Source: Fibrobacterota bacterium
Lineage (GTDB): Bacteria; Fibrobacterota; Fibrobacteria; UBA11236
Length of the DNA: 60,259 bases
Assembly (NCBI GenBank): GCA_043753995.1
Contig: JAYUVP010000322.1
Span: 1 to 60,259, forward strand
Reading direction: 5' to 3'
Both the position numbers and the translations under genes were made by a program. The number at the start of each line of letters is the position of its first letter. Position 1 is the first letter of the stretch. Under the pieces are notes generated by a model. It worked only from the letters and a program-made list of their open reading frames with translations. It had not been told where the DNA came from and ran no database searches. This document shows, piece after piece, positions 27,190 through 37,388 of the stretch.

Positions 27190-28185
27190 TCAAGCGATGC
27201 CCGCGCTTTGTCGCAAGGCCGCCATGGCGGCGGCTTGCCCCAGAGTATCGCCCCAGGGCATGGCCTGGGCTTCGCGTTTGCCTTGGTCGATAGCTGTCTC
27301 GACGGCCAGGGCTTCGCGGCCATACATCGTGAGGCCATCGCCTTCCAGAAAAGTCTCTTGCCCCTCCGGCGTAATGAGTCTCACCTCGGCACCCATCGCC
27401 GGAGCATGCCAGGGCTGCGGAATTTCAATGCGTCCGCGTTCGCCGTAAATCGCCGCCCAGGCGGGCTGGCCAACCTTGGCCGCGCATTGCAAGGAGGCCA
27501 AGGCCCCTGAGGGAAAGGCCAGGCTAGCTGTCATCCATTCGTCGACTCCCGATGAAGCGCCGATATGCGCTAAGGCACGGGCCTGACGCGGCTCAGTCCC
27601 TGCCACAAAGCGGGCGAAGTTCACGCAATAGCAGCCCACGTCCAAAAAACCACCGCCGCCGATTTCGGGATTGAGGCGAATGTTTTCGGAACGCGCACCG
27701 AGATCATAACTGAATCGCGCCTCGATGAGTCGAATTTCGCCGAGGGTCTCGGCATCGAGTAAGTTGCGCACGCGTGCCATCCAGGGATGGCAGCGATACA
27801 TGAAGGCTTCCATGAAAAAAACGCCGCAAGCCTCGACCTCACGCAAGGCCGCTTCTGCCACTTTGGGGTCGGGGGAGAAGGGCTTTTCGCAAAGCACATG
27901 CTTGCCGGCGCGCGCTGCCGCGAGGGTCAGGGGAATATGCAGGTGATTGGGAGCCGCGATATAAACTACGTCGACTTCGCTGTCGGCCAGCAAAGCTTCG
28001 TAGCTGCCATAGGCGCGATTGGCGCCCTTGGCGCCGAATTCGGCGGCGAAGATTCGGGCCTTTTCTGCATCGCGACTGGCCACGGCTTGTAGGTGAAGCC
28101 CTTGCGAAACCAAGTCCTTAGTGAATTTGCGGGCGATATTGCCGAGAGCGATAATGCCCCAGCGCAGGGGTTTGCTTGGTGCCAT
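27190..28185 (-). CDS. Gfo/Idh/MocA-family oxidoreductase
   Basis: LRWGIIALGNIA, YGSYEALLAD, AGKHVLCEKP, MEAFMYR, GGGGFLDVGCY. Confidence 0.92.
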   Translation of the reverse strand: MAPSKPLRWGIIALGNIARKFTKDLVSQGLHLQAVASRDAEKARIFAAEFGAKGANRAYGSYEALLADSEVDVVYIAAPNHLHIPLTLAAARAGKHVLCEKPFSPDPKVAEAALREVEACGVFFMEAFMYRCHPWMARVRNLLDAETLGEIRLIEARFSYDLGARSENIRLNPEIGGGGFLDVGCYCVNFARFVAGTEPRQARALAHIGASSGVDEWMTASLAFPSGALASLQCAAKVGQPAWAAIYGERGRIEIPQPWHAPAMGAEVRLITPEGQETFLEGDGLTMYGREALAVETAIDQGKREAQAMPWGDTLGQAAAMAALRQSAGIA

Positions 28186-28213
28186 GTCCAAATAAAAACA
28201 AAAGCAGGAGAAT

Positions 28214-28933
28214 CTAGGGCGAATTTTCGAGCCCGTCTAAAATCTTCTTTCTCGGTCGCACACGGGCGAGATAAAAAACCGCCGAGGCTGCTATGCAAAG
28301 CATAGAAGGCAATAGCAAGGTGTAAAAAGAATATCGACTATAGGCCAACATGGCGGCCACGCCACCCGCAAAAAAACCGCCCAATAAGCTGGCCAGAAAA
28401 ACGAACTTCCATTTTTTCACCCGTTTATGCTTTGCGGCTTGTCCCAACAAAATGGCCAAATCGGTGACGATGCCCGTGACATGGGTGGTACGTACGATGA
28501 GTCCCAGATAGCTGCTGGCCATGGCATTTTGCAGACCGCAGGCGAAAGAAACGAAAAGCAGACCATTGTTTTGATGGTGGCGAAATAAAAATAAGGCGGC
28601 GAGCAGAGATAGGCCTTCCATCAAAAGCACATAAGCATATTCGATTTTGGGTTTTAGGTTCCCCACCCCTATCAAATAACCCGAGACCATGGCTCCGGCG
28701 AAAAAGCCGAGGAAGATGAAAAGCAAATTGGCGATGTCTTGTTGATCGCCCGCAGCAACGTCTATGCTGATTTTAGAAACCACGCCTGACATGTGACTGA
28801 CCGGAACCTGGAAGTACATGAGGGAGGTGGTATTGATAAACCCGGCAATAAAGGTGAGCACCATGCCGCCGGAAAGAAAAAGCGGGTCGACGAGAACATG
28901 ATGGCGAATCGCATCGGCTTCGCTATAAGGCAT
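28214..28933 (-). CDS. YoaK/DUF1275-family membrane protein
   Basis: AGFIN, VSHMSG, FACGLQNA, RTTHVTGIVTD. Start placed at ATG 28933, 8 nt after TATAAT. Confidence 0.88.
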   Translation of the reverse strand: MPYSEADAIRHHVLVDPLFLSGGMVLTFIAGFINTTSLMYFQVPVSHMSGVVSKISIDVAAGDQQDIANLLFIFLGFFAGAMVSGYLIGVGNLKPKIEYAYVLLMEGLSLLAALFLFRHHQNNGLLFVSFACGLQNAMASSYLGLIVRTTHVTGIVTDLAILLGQAAKHKRVKKWKFVFLASLLGGFFAGGVAAMLAYSRYSFYTLLLPSMLCIAASAVFYLARVRPRKKILDGLENSP

Positions 28934-29024
28934 TGCAGGCAATTATACTCGCTGCCCATGTCCGAAGGCCCCATTTCAGTGGGGGAATCGAATTGAGCCC
29001 AATCTGCGAGTTGACTTCTTGACA

Positions 29025-30116
29025 CTAGTCACCGACAAAGCGCACCCATAAGGGCCCACGCCAATTCGGATCTCGTGGCAACCAGGCAATGGCCTGGCCG
29101 CCTTCCCGCTTCCACGTCAAATGAAGCTGTTTCAGAATGCGGCCATTGCTCATGGTCACTTCCACCGCAGGAGCCTTGCCTGAAGCCCATGACCGGGACA
29201 GTCGCCAACCCGCTTCGACGCCTTGTCTCGCGACTGCGCTGGGAAGGTGAAATTGCGTTCGTCGAATAGCGGAGCCCTGACTATCGCCGGTGCAAACTTG
29301 GGATGCCGACCAACCGACTTGCTTGCTTTCGGCCCATTGCTTCAAAGAAGGTCCTAAGGCACAGAGTTGATTATTGCTGAGGTCCAGGTTTTTCAGTCCG
29401 GTCAATAGGGTGAATTCAATGGGTAAGTCGGTCAATTGATTGATGGATAGATCGAGACTTTCCAATCCTTCCAGAGCGCCTAAAGCTGAAGGCAGCCTGG
29501 TGAGTCGATTGCCGGCCAAATTCAGGAATTGCAGGAAGGGAAGCATGGCCAAATTTTCGGGTAAGGCGCTAAGCGAATCTTGATCGGCAATCAAGTACAT
29601 GAGATTTTCTAGGCTATCAATGCCTGTGGGTAAGGCCAGAATTTCATTGTCACCAATATCGAGATACAGCAAATTCCGCAACGCGGGGAAACCCGGAGGC
29701 AAGGCGCGCAGGGCATTGCTTCTCACCTTCAACTGGGTCAATTTGTCGAGACTGGTGATTTCCTTGGGCAATTCGGTCAGCAAATTGCCGGAGAGATCCA
29801 AATCGGTGAGTGCCTTCCACTGCACTATATTCGCCGGCAAAGAATAAAGGGCGCAATGCGTCAGAGAAAGTGATTTCAGAGAATCGAGATTGAAGATTTC
29901 GTAATTAAAGGTGACCAGGGAAAGGCTATCCATCCGGAGACCTTGGGCCCGACCATTCACCCGCGTGGTGACTTGGGTCACGGGAATCTCGAAATGGGCA
30001 TTTTCGTCGAGCAATAGGCGTATAGCCAGGGAGTCCTGCTGCCAGCTTTGGGCAAGCGGCCAGGTGGCCGTCAAAGCCAATGCTGCCGCCGCGAACAAGG
30101 TGGAAACCGAAGACAT
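29025..30116 (-). CDS. Secreted leucine-rich repeat protein
   Basis: Signal peptide; about 8 LxxLxLxxNxLxxLP repeats; Cys-capped end followed by a short basic C-terminal module. Confidence 0.88.
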   Translation of the reverse strand: MSSVSTLFAAAALALTATWPLAQSWQQDSLAIRLLLDENAHFEIPVTQVTTRVNGRAQGLRMDSLSLVTFNYEIFNLDSLKSLSLTHCALYSLPANIVQWKALTDLDLSGNLLTELPKEITSLDKLTQLKVRSNALRALPPGFPALRNLLYLDIGDNEILALPTGIDSLENLMYLIADQDSLSALPENLAMLPFLQFLNLAGNRLTRLPSALGALEGLESLDLSINQLTDLPIEFTLLTGLKNLDLSNNQLCALGPSLKQWAESKQVGWSASQVCTGDSQGSAIRRTQFHLPSAVARQGVEAGWRLSRSWASGKAPAVEVTMSNGRILKQLHLTWKREGGQAIAWLPRDPNWRGPLWVRFVGD

Positions 30117-30378
30117 GCAACCGTCCCTGAAGGATCGCCCTAGCCCTGAGAGTTCATTTTAGGCCTGGTAGCTAGGTAAACATAATGCTGAGGCCTCATT
30201 CCGAAGCTCCATATCCGCTAAGGACTCATGCAACGCCTATTCCTTGATTTCTCGGCAAACGAACCAAAGGGTACTCCCGAGCACGATATAGGACGGAAAA
30301 TGCTGTGTAAACTGATGGGGAAAAGCATGATTTGTGGCTAAAATCACTAAGAGAGCCTTGTCCTCGCCGCCAAGTCCT

Positions 30379-30393
30379 TGGCATGAAACTCGC
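30379..30393 (+). promoter_or_regulatory. Sigma-54 (-24/-12) promoter
   Basis: TGGCATGAAACTCGC = GG-N10-GC, close to consensus TGGCACGnnnnTTGC. It lies ~50 nt before the ATG at 30442, and a GAFTGA activator is encoded downstream. Confidence 0.7.
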
Positions 30394-30441
30394 GAGTTCT
30401 GGTCAAAGTCGCCCAAGGGGCGGATGGAGTTTTGAAGGAGT

Positions 30442-31116
30442 ATGCCCATGTCCAAGCTGATTTTATGCGCTATCCTGGCCGGGTTCATGGCCATGGGCGC
30501 CTTGGCGGACGGCAATACAGATGGTTTGACCGACGAGCAAATGGCCAAAATTGAAGCGTTGAAGGCCGAAATTCAAAAAAAGCAAGAAGATTTGCGGTCG
30601 GAACACGAAGCGCTTAAAGCCAACCATGAAGTCGAAATTCAAAAGCACCTGACCGAAGTCAGGACCAAGGTTGCCGACTTCAAGCAAAAACATGAAGCCA
30701 TAGAAAAGCAATTCAAGGCTCTTGTCGACGAATACAAAGCCAAAATCGACGCGGCTTCTAAAGAGCAAAAAGACGCCTTGGTCAAGGATTTTCAAGCCAA
30801 GGTGAAAGCTTTGCATGAGCAACTCGCCTCGGAGCATAAAAAGTCGGTCGACCATGCCATGAAGGCGCATGATGTCGAAATCAAGGCGCGTCAGGAAAAG
30901 GCCAAGGCCGAAGTCGCCGCCCATAAAGCGGAGGTGACAAAACTGCGCGCCGACTTCGAAGCCAAACGGCTAGAATGGCAACGCAGCCACCAAGCCACTT
31001 CCGGTTCTGGTAAATTGACCGAAGAACAAGTGGCTGCACTCCGGGCGAAATTCGCAGAATGGAAAAAAGCCCAGGCCGCCAAGTCCTCCTCCCTACCTGA
31101 GAGCCCGGCTCCTTAA
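30442..31116 (+). CDS. Secreted His/Lys/Glu-rich coiled-coil protein
   Basis: SD GAAGGAG, signal peptide (ALA-D), ~180 aa of heptad-like helix with many His residues. Confidence 0.75.
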   Translation: MPMSKLILCAILAGFMAMGALADGNTDGLTDEQMAKIEALKAEIQKKQEDLRSEHEALKANHEVEIQKHLTEVRTKVADFKQKHEAIEKQFKALVDEYKAKIDAASKEQKDALVKDFQAKVKALHEQLASEHKKSVDHAMKAHDVEIKARQEKAKAEVAAHKAEVTKLRADFEAKRLEWQRSHQATSGSGKLTEEQVAALRAKFAEWKKAQAAKSSSLPESPAP

Positions 31117-31174
31117 AGGCCGTCTCGTAAACAAAACGAATCTGCCTCTTCTCGCCATCGCGAAGGGGAAAACG

Positions 31175-31210
31175 GGCTTCTCGTCGCAAAGACGGGAAGT
31201 CTTTTCTTTT
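31175..31210 (+). terminator. Rho-independent terminator
   Basis: GGCTTCTCGTC-GCAAA-GACGGGAAGTC followed by TTTTCTTTT. Confidence 0.75.
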
Positions 31211-31301
31211 AGCAGGGTATTGAAGAAGCCGCGAGAGTCGGCAACCAAAATGTGGGTTTTTAGAGATGCGCTTTAATGCTACTCTCCTGGAGTCGAGATT
31301 G

Positions 31302-32772
31302 CATGAGTAGGCGGCGCCAAGAAAACCGACGGCATTTGGCCATCACCTCTTTACTAGGCGTTTCCCTTTTGCTTGGATATGCTTTCTCCCAATCGCCTGC
31401 GATTAGCCCAGCGGGCTGCCCGGCCCTGCTGGATTCCCTGCGCACCTTGCTCGCCGACAATGATCCGGCCTTTCTGATGATGGAAATAAACGATTCCAGC
31501 TGCCTCCCCGAGGAGAAGCAGGAAGCCTATTATCAACAAGCCATGGGGTCTCTCCTTTTGGGCAATCACGCCGATGCCAAGCTTTTATTGCACGGTGCCC
31601 TCGCCTATCCCGGGCCTTATCGCGATTCGGCTTGGTACTTGTCATGGCGAGTTTCACGCGAACTCGGCGAGGAAACCCAGGCCGAAGCCGCCATGCTCCA
31701 GCTCTTTGAAGAATCACCGGCGTCACCGCACTTGAGTGAAATGCTTTCCGCTCCATCGCTGAAGCCCCGCACCGAAACCCCGGCGGTTATGGCGGCGAAA
31801 AAACGACCTTGGTCCATACGCACCTTTCACGCCTTATCGGCCACCCATGATCCGGATTATCACCGCGACTTGGCGGAGAACCGCTTGCTGTGGCAGGGGC
31901 AATATGTCTGGAAAGATCATGGCTTCAGCCCGTCGGTCCAGGCAGGGGTGACCCACGATTTAATTGGGCCTCAACCACGGGTTTGGGAAGACATCCCCGA
32001 ATTGTCCGCCTTGTCGGGCATGATGAGCCTGGGCTATATGCATGGTTGGTTCTTTGCGAATGCCTCGGCGGGTGTCTCCTATGATTTCCTCAGGAAGAGT
32101 TTTGCCGGACTTTCGGGTGCAGGCACGGGATCCTTCGTGGGATGGAATGTGCCCCAGGGCGGGCTATTGCTCGGCACGCGCATTCCCTGGCGCCAAGACC
32201 GAGGAAGCTCTTCGCTCTATGTCATGGCCAATCGCTTTCATCGCTCCATGAGCCAGGTTTCCTTGGACGGCTCTTCGGCCCTCCACTGGGGCACCTGGAC
32301 TCATTCCGTTTCGGCGTCCGCGGAAAGGCTCTATCTCGAAACGCCTGTCAGCATTTTCCAAGACACCCTCTTCGTCTTGCCGGCACCCCTCCGTAACACG
32401 CAGGTTTCGGACTACTACGGTGATTTCGCCTATGAAGGCCTTTATTCGGTAGAAAACCGTCAGCCTAAGTGGCGCACGACTTTCAGTGTTGCTTATCGAC
32501 AAGAAAAGCAATTGATTCGCCAAGCCACCGATTCCCTGGTCTTGGTCGACCGGATCGACACCACCCAGACTTTTTCCGAATTTCTGGGTGATGCCCCTGC
32601 CACGGAGCAGCGCCTAATCGCGCATATCGACATTCATGCCGCATTGACGCCGCATTTCAGCCTCAATACTTCGCTGCGCTCAGGCTATCTCTGGGTGACT
32701 TGCTCCGACAAAATCAAAGAGCGCGAAGGCATGGTTTTTCGGGGCCTATTGAGTTTAACAACCACCTTTTGA
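31302..32772 (+). CDS. TPR-like N-terminal domain plus outer-membrane beta-barrel protein
   Basis: Signal-like hydrophobic stretch; helical TPR-like segment (AYYQQAMGSLLLGNHADAKLLL..AWYLSW); amphipathic strands; terminal Phe (SLTTTF). Start uncertain (31276 or 31302). Confidence 0.6.
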
Positions 32773-32777
32773 TCACA

Positions 32778-34163
32778 ATGACGATTCCACGATCTAACCC
32801 CCACACCGAAGTGCCTTTGCCAAGCGAAGGCCGGGCATCGCTACGGGTTTATTTGTGGGCTTCGATCGCGGCTGGCGCCTTGGCCTTATTGCTGCTCGCC
32901 GGCTTCGCCGTTTATCTCTTCACGCGCAATCTCGAAATTGCCCGCCAGGCCAGCCGAGAGCGCATGAATAATCTCGCCGCCTATATCGTCGAGCATGTCG
33001 AAACGGACTTGTTCTCCTATACCCTGGTGCTCACCCCGGAAACCTTGCCTCCCGCCTTCGTCCAGGAAAAAAGCGCCTGGCTGGCGAAGCTGGCGAGGGC
33101 CACGGGATTGCAGCGGGTGGCACTCACCGATTCCCTGGGGCGTCTCTATGTGGCCAGCGAATCGACTCTCGCTTCTGGGAGCATCATCACCCGGCAAGTG
33201 GCCGATTCGACTTGCTTCGAAGCCGCAGCGCAAACCGGCCAGCCGGTTTTCTGCGGAAGAAAACAAGGCGGCATCACCTTGCAATCCCTGTATCACCCCT
33301 TCGATTTTTTCGGCAATCGCCATTTGATCGTGCTCGAATCCGACAGCAATTTCCTGACCTACCTTGAGCAATATCGCACCTTCATTCTAGCGGTGTCGGC
33401 CTTTTTGGCCTGCATACTCGCGGGCCTACTGGCGGCCTTGATTCTCATTGAGCGCAAGGCGCGCATTGCCCTCTCCCTATCGCGCCGCAATGAGCAGCTC
33501 GCCTTTCTCGGCCGCGCCAGCGCCGAATTGGCGCATGAGCTCAAAAATCCATTGGCCATTATCAAGGCTTCGGTCGATGTGCTGCGACGGCAAATGGACG
33601 TCGAAAGAAAAAACCAGGCCTTTAATTTTTTATCCGATGAAGTCATGCGCCTTTCACGCCTCATCAGCAATATTCTCGGGCTCTCCCGCGATCGCCAATT
33701 GGATTTGCGGTCATTACAACCTGCCGACTCGGTCCTGCCCGCCGTGCAAGCCACGCGCGAGATTTACCCCGACATTACCGTGGACGTGCAAATCGAATCC
33801 GGCTTGCAAATCGTCGGGGACGCCGATGCATTGCGGCAAATCCTGGAGAATCTCCTGCGCAATGCGGCGCAAGCCATGGAGGGTCGCGGACATTGCCATG
33901 TCGTGCTGAAATCGACAGCCACCCAGGTCGAGATAGATGTCGCCGACCAAGGCCCGGGCATTGCTCCGGAGCTTCGCGCCAGCCTATTCGATCCCTTCGT
34001 TAGCGGCAATAAGGCGGGCACCGGTCTGGGCCTGGCCATCGTGCGCAATCTCGTCGAACGCATGGGTTGGCGCATGTCCCTGCTTCACGATGCTGCCGCC
34101 GCCACCGCCGTAGGCCAAGCGGAAGTGAATACTTGTTTTCGCCTGGAATGCGATATCAAGTAA
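32778..34163 (+). CDS. Membrane sensor histidine kinase
   Basis: Two TM helices around a periplasmic domain; AELAHELKNPL (H box), NLLRNAAQAM (N), DQGPGI (G1), LFDPF, GTGLGL (G2). Confidence 0.92.
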   Translation: MTIPRSNPHTEVPLPSEGRASLRVYLWASIAAGALALLLLAGFAVYLFTRNLEIARQASRERMNNLAAYIVEHVETDLFSYTLVLTPETLPPAFVQEKSAWLAKLARATGLQRVALTDSLGRLYVASESTLASGSIITRQVADSTCFEAAAQTGQPVFCGRKQGGITLQSLYHPFDFFGNRHLIVLESDSNFLTYLEQYRTFILAVSAFLACILAGLLAALILIERKARIALSLSRRNEQLAFLGRASAELAHELKNPLAIIKASVDVLRRQMDVERKNQAFNFLSDEVMRLSRLISNILGLSRDRQLDLRSLQPADSVLPAVQATREIYPDITVDVQIESGLQIVGDADALRQILENLLRNAAQAMEGRGHCHVVLKSTATQVEIDVADQGPGIAPELRASLFDPFVSGNKAGTGLGLAIVRNLVERMGWRMSLLHDAAAATAVGQAEVNTCFRLECDIK

Positions 34164-34420
34164 AAAGGAAAAAATTCAAAGTGGAACGGAAGATAAAAGT
34201 AAAATTTCGAGAACTCTTTGCTTGCCGCAGCGGAGGTTTCACTCTTTCGGTATTCGCTTGGACTTTAGTCGCGCCTTTATACTTCAACGCCCCGGTTAAC
34301 TTGTCCCCACCTTTTCCTTTGACTTTGAACTTTTTCCTTGGCCCCGGCCTTACTTTTTCCTTGGCTTCGGCCTTCGCCTTCGTCTTCAACTTTTTCCTAT
34401 GAACTTTTTACTTTTTACTT
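34158..34420. repeat. ~260-bp intergenic element with terminal inverted repeats and 6-nt periodicity
   Basis: AAGTAAAAAGGAAAAAATTCA (34158-34178) is 19/21 complementary to TGAACTTTTTACTTTTTACTT (34400-34420). Purine-rich left arm, pyrimidine-rich hexamer right arm. Confidence 0.6.
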
Positions 34421-34434
34421 ATCCGAGGTAACTC

Positions 34435-35841
34435 ATGTCACGCATTCTCATTGTTGACGACGAATCGAAACTCCGCGCTTTGCTGGTCATGGCGCTTTCG
34501 TCCGAAGGCTTTGATGCCGAAGAGGCGGGATCGGCGGAGCAGGCTCTCGACAAATTGCAGAAGGGCGGCAGCTATGACGTGGTGATCACCGACATACGCA
34601 TGCCCGGCCTGTCGGGTTTGGAATTGATGCAGAAGCTGAAGGGCGCCTATGGCTCCCCTGAATGCATTGTGATGACGGCCTATGGCGATGCGGGTACCGG
34701 CGTCGAAGCCATGCGCCTCGGGGCTTTTGAATACGTGCTCAAGCCCTTCGAGATGGACGAAATGGCCTTGCTAGTCAAGTCGGCCCTAGAGCGCCGCCGC
34801 TTGCGCAGCGAAGTCGAAGATTTGAAATTGCGCGAAACCGGTCGCTACAAGCTGGAGCGTCTCATCGGCTCCGCCAAGCCCATGCAAGAACTTTTGCTCC
34901 AGGCGAAAATGGTTTCACGCCGCGACACCACGGTCTTGATTCGCGGGCGCAGCGGCACGGGCAAGGAATTGATCGCGCGCGGCATTCATTCCGAAAGCGG
35001 ACGCGATCCCTTTATCGCCGTGAACTGCGGGGCTTTGCCCGAAAGCCTGCTCGAAAGTGAATTGTTCGGCCATGAAAAAGGAGCCTTCACCGGAGCTGCG
35101 CTCCAGAAAATCGGACTCTTCGAACGCGCCGAAGGCGGCACCATTTTCCTCGACGAAATCGGCGACGTGACCCCTGCCATGCAGGTCAAGTTATTGCGCG
35201 TCCTGCAAGAGCGTGAATTCATGCGCGTGGGCGGCACCAAAACCTTGCGCACCAATGCGCGCGTGATCGCCGCCACGCATCGTAATCTCGAAGAAGAAGT
35301 GAAAAAAGGGAATTTCCGCGAAGACCTTTATTTCCGCCTCAATGTCTTCCCCATTTTCGTGCCCTCGCTTTCCGAGCGCATGGAAGACTTGCCCATGCTC
35401 GTCGATTATTTCCTGCGCAAATTCGATCATACCGGCGGACTGGCCGAAGGCGTGCTCTCACGCATGCTCGAATACGCCTGGCCGGGCAATGTGCGCGAGC
35501 TGGAAAACTGCCTTGAGCGCGCAGCCATTATCGCGGGCACCGGTCCGCTCACCCTCGATCATTTGCCCGAACACATACGCCAGAAAAAAACCCTGGAGCG
35601 TCCCTCGGTTTTCAAGATGCCGGCCTCGGGCATATCCCTCGACGAGCTCGAAAAGAGCTGCATCCTGCAAGCCCTCGACATGACCCATGGCAATAAAACC
35701 CGCGCCGCCGGACTCCTGGGCATTACCCGTCGCGCCCTCTATTCGAAAATGCACACGCATAGCATTCGCGGATACGGAGCCACTGGCGAAGCCGCCGCCG
35801 AAACACCCGAAAGCCCCGAAGCCGCGGCCCCGGCAGCCTAA
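34435..35841 (+). CDS. Sigma-54-dependent NtrC/ZraR/AtoC-family response regulator
   Basis: Receiver (ILIVDDE, TDIRMPG, KPF); AAA+ domain GRSGTGKE, ELFGHEKGAFTGA, FLDEIG, FREDLYFRL, WPGNVREL; Fis-type HTH. Confidence 0.96.
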   Translation: MSRILIVDDESKLRALLVMALSSEGFDAEEAGSAEQALDKLQKGGSYDVVITDIRMPGLSGLELMQKLKGAYGSPECIVMTAYGDAGTGVEAMRLGAFEYVLKPFEMDEMALLVKSALERRRLRSEVEDLKLRETGRYKLERLIGSAKPMQELLLQAKMVSRRDTTVLIRGRSGTGKELIARGIHSESGRDPFIAVNCGALPESLLESELFGHEKGAFTGAALQKIGLFERAEGGTIFLDEIGDVTPAMQVKLLRVLQEREFMRVGGTKTLRTNARVIAATHRNLEEEVKKGNFREDLYFRLNVFPIFVPSLSERMEDLPMLVDYFLRKFDHTGGLAEGVLSRMLEYAWPGNVRELENCLERAAIIAGTGPLTLDHLPEHIRQKKTLERPSVFKMPASGISLDELEKSCILQALDMTHGNKTRAAGLLGITRRALYSKMHTHSIRGYGATGEAAAETPESPEAAAPAA

Positions 35842-35944
35842 ACCCAAATACCTCATTCCCGCCTCACGCCTGCGGGCGAGCCTCGCCTGTCGAACTTAGC
35901 GGTTATAGGCTGTCCAGCCGCCGCCCGATTCCTACTATAAAGGC

Positions 35945-36772
35945 ATGTCTCAAGACACCGCCAAATTCCTCGACGTTGCTACCAGCGCAGCCCGCGAAGC
36001 CGGGCTCGCCGCGCTCAAACTGCAAAAGAACTTGCATGACATTCGCTATAAGGGGGCCAAGGATTTGGTCACCGAAGCCGACTTGATGAGCGACAAGCTC
36101 GTACGCGAACGCCTCTCGACCGCTTTTCCCGATCACAATCTCATTACCGAAGAAGGCGCCGACGCCGTGCATGGCAGCCGCTATACTTGGCATGTCGATC
36201 CCATTGATGGCACCATCAATTATTCGCGTCGGTTTCCTTTGTGGGGAGTCTCCATCGGCTTGGCCGAAGACAATGACATGCTTTGCGGAGCCATTTATTT
36301 GCCGGCCACCGACGAGATGTTCACCGCCGTGCGCGGCCAGGGCGCCTTCCTGAATGGCGAGCGTATTCATGTTTCGCCCGTCACCGATTTGAGCCAAGCC
36401 ATTATTTCCCACGGCGATTTCAATGTGGGCGCCGATGAAGCTGCTCGGCGCATCATCAATGAAGCGAATTTTTTGGCGCGAATGAATACGGTCTCGTCCG
36501 TACAGCGCGTGAAATGCCTGGGCTCAGCCGTCATCGAAGGCGCCTATGTCGCCAGTGGCCGCATGGAAGGCTATTGCATGGTCATACTCAACTCCTGGGA
36601 CGTGGCCGTAACCACCTTGCTAGTGACCGAGGCCGGTGGAAAGGTCACCACCTTGACTGGCGAGCCCTGGAATCTCACTCACCGCAATGCCCTGTTTACC
36701 AATGGCCATTTACATGATGCCTTGGTGGCCAGCCTAGCCTGGGATGCCCAGCATCCCTATAAGCCGATCTAA
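35945..36772 (+). CDS. suhB: Inositol monophosphatase family protein
   Basis: DLVTEAD, TEEG, WHVDPIDGTINY, WDVAV..LLVTEAGG. Confidence 0.88.
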   Translation: MSQDTAKFLDVATSAAREAGLAALKLQKNLHDIRYKGAKDLVTEADLMSDKLVRERLSTAFPDHNLITEEGADAVHGSRYTWHVDPIDGTINYSRRFPLWGVSIGLAEDNDMLCGAIYLPATDEMFTAVRGQGAFLNGERIHVSPVTDLSQAIISHGDFNVGADEAARRIINEANFLARMNTVSSVQRVKCLGSAVIEGAYVASGRMEGYCMVILNSWDVAVTTLLVTEAGGKVTTLTGEPWNLTHRNALFTNGHLHDALVASLAWDAQHPYKPI

Positions 36773-36843
36773 AATTCCGCTTTTTGTCCAGCGGAGGGTT
36801 ACTCCACCGGGTTAAACTATCGTCAAATACCCCGGGTATCTGG

Positions 36844-37287
36844 ATGAATAGTTTTCGCTTAGGGAATTGGGGACTGACCCTCGGCTTCTTGGCCGCGATG
36901 GCCTTGACCATAGGGCTCGTAAGCCCCCTTCCCAAGTTTTATATCGCTTCGCCAACACGCGCTACCGCCTGGAATCACGGCTTAATTCCCTATTTCGAGG
37001 ACGGGAAATTCGGTTATTGCAATCGAGATGGCTCGAATCGCATTACTCCGCGCTTTGACGGTGCCGACGGATTTAGCGAGGGACGAGCCAGGGTTTTGGT
37101 TTCCGGGCGCTTTGGCTTCATCGACAGCAGCGGGATTCTGGTTATTCCCGCCCGTTTCAACTGGGCCAGCAGTTTTCGCGGCGGCTATACCTCGGTTTGG
37201 ACCGGCAATGGCTGGAATTATCTCGACAAAGAAGGACGCTTGCTCGCCTTACCGAATGGGCCGAATCCTACCCTGCGTGCGCTTTGA
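36844..37287 (+). CDS. WG-repeat protein, membrane-anchored or secreted
   Basis: GKFGYCNRDG..ITPRFD, FSEGRA, GRFGFIDSSG..VIPARF, GWNYLDKEG. Confidence 0.82.
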   Translation: MNSFRLGNWGLTLGFLAAMALTIGLVSPLPKFYIASPTRATAWNHGLIPYFEDGKFGYCNRDGSNRITPRFDGADGFSEGRARVLVSGRFGFIDSSGILVIPARFNWASSFRGGYTSVWTGNGWNYLDKEGRLLALPNGPNPTLRAL

Positions 37288-37388
37288 CCCCGCCCTGACC
37301 GAATAACCCTGTCTTTTCAAACAGATAAAGCAAACTCAAGGCCGTAATCTTTGACCTGAAGGCACCCGCCCCCCTACCATAAGGGGCC

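Noticed and set aside
34156..34389. Lys-alternating 77-aa ORF (KTKAKAEAKEK...)
   Set aside because: The alternating pattern is the translation of the hexamer-periodic repeat element; it has no ATG start or SD support.
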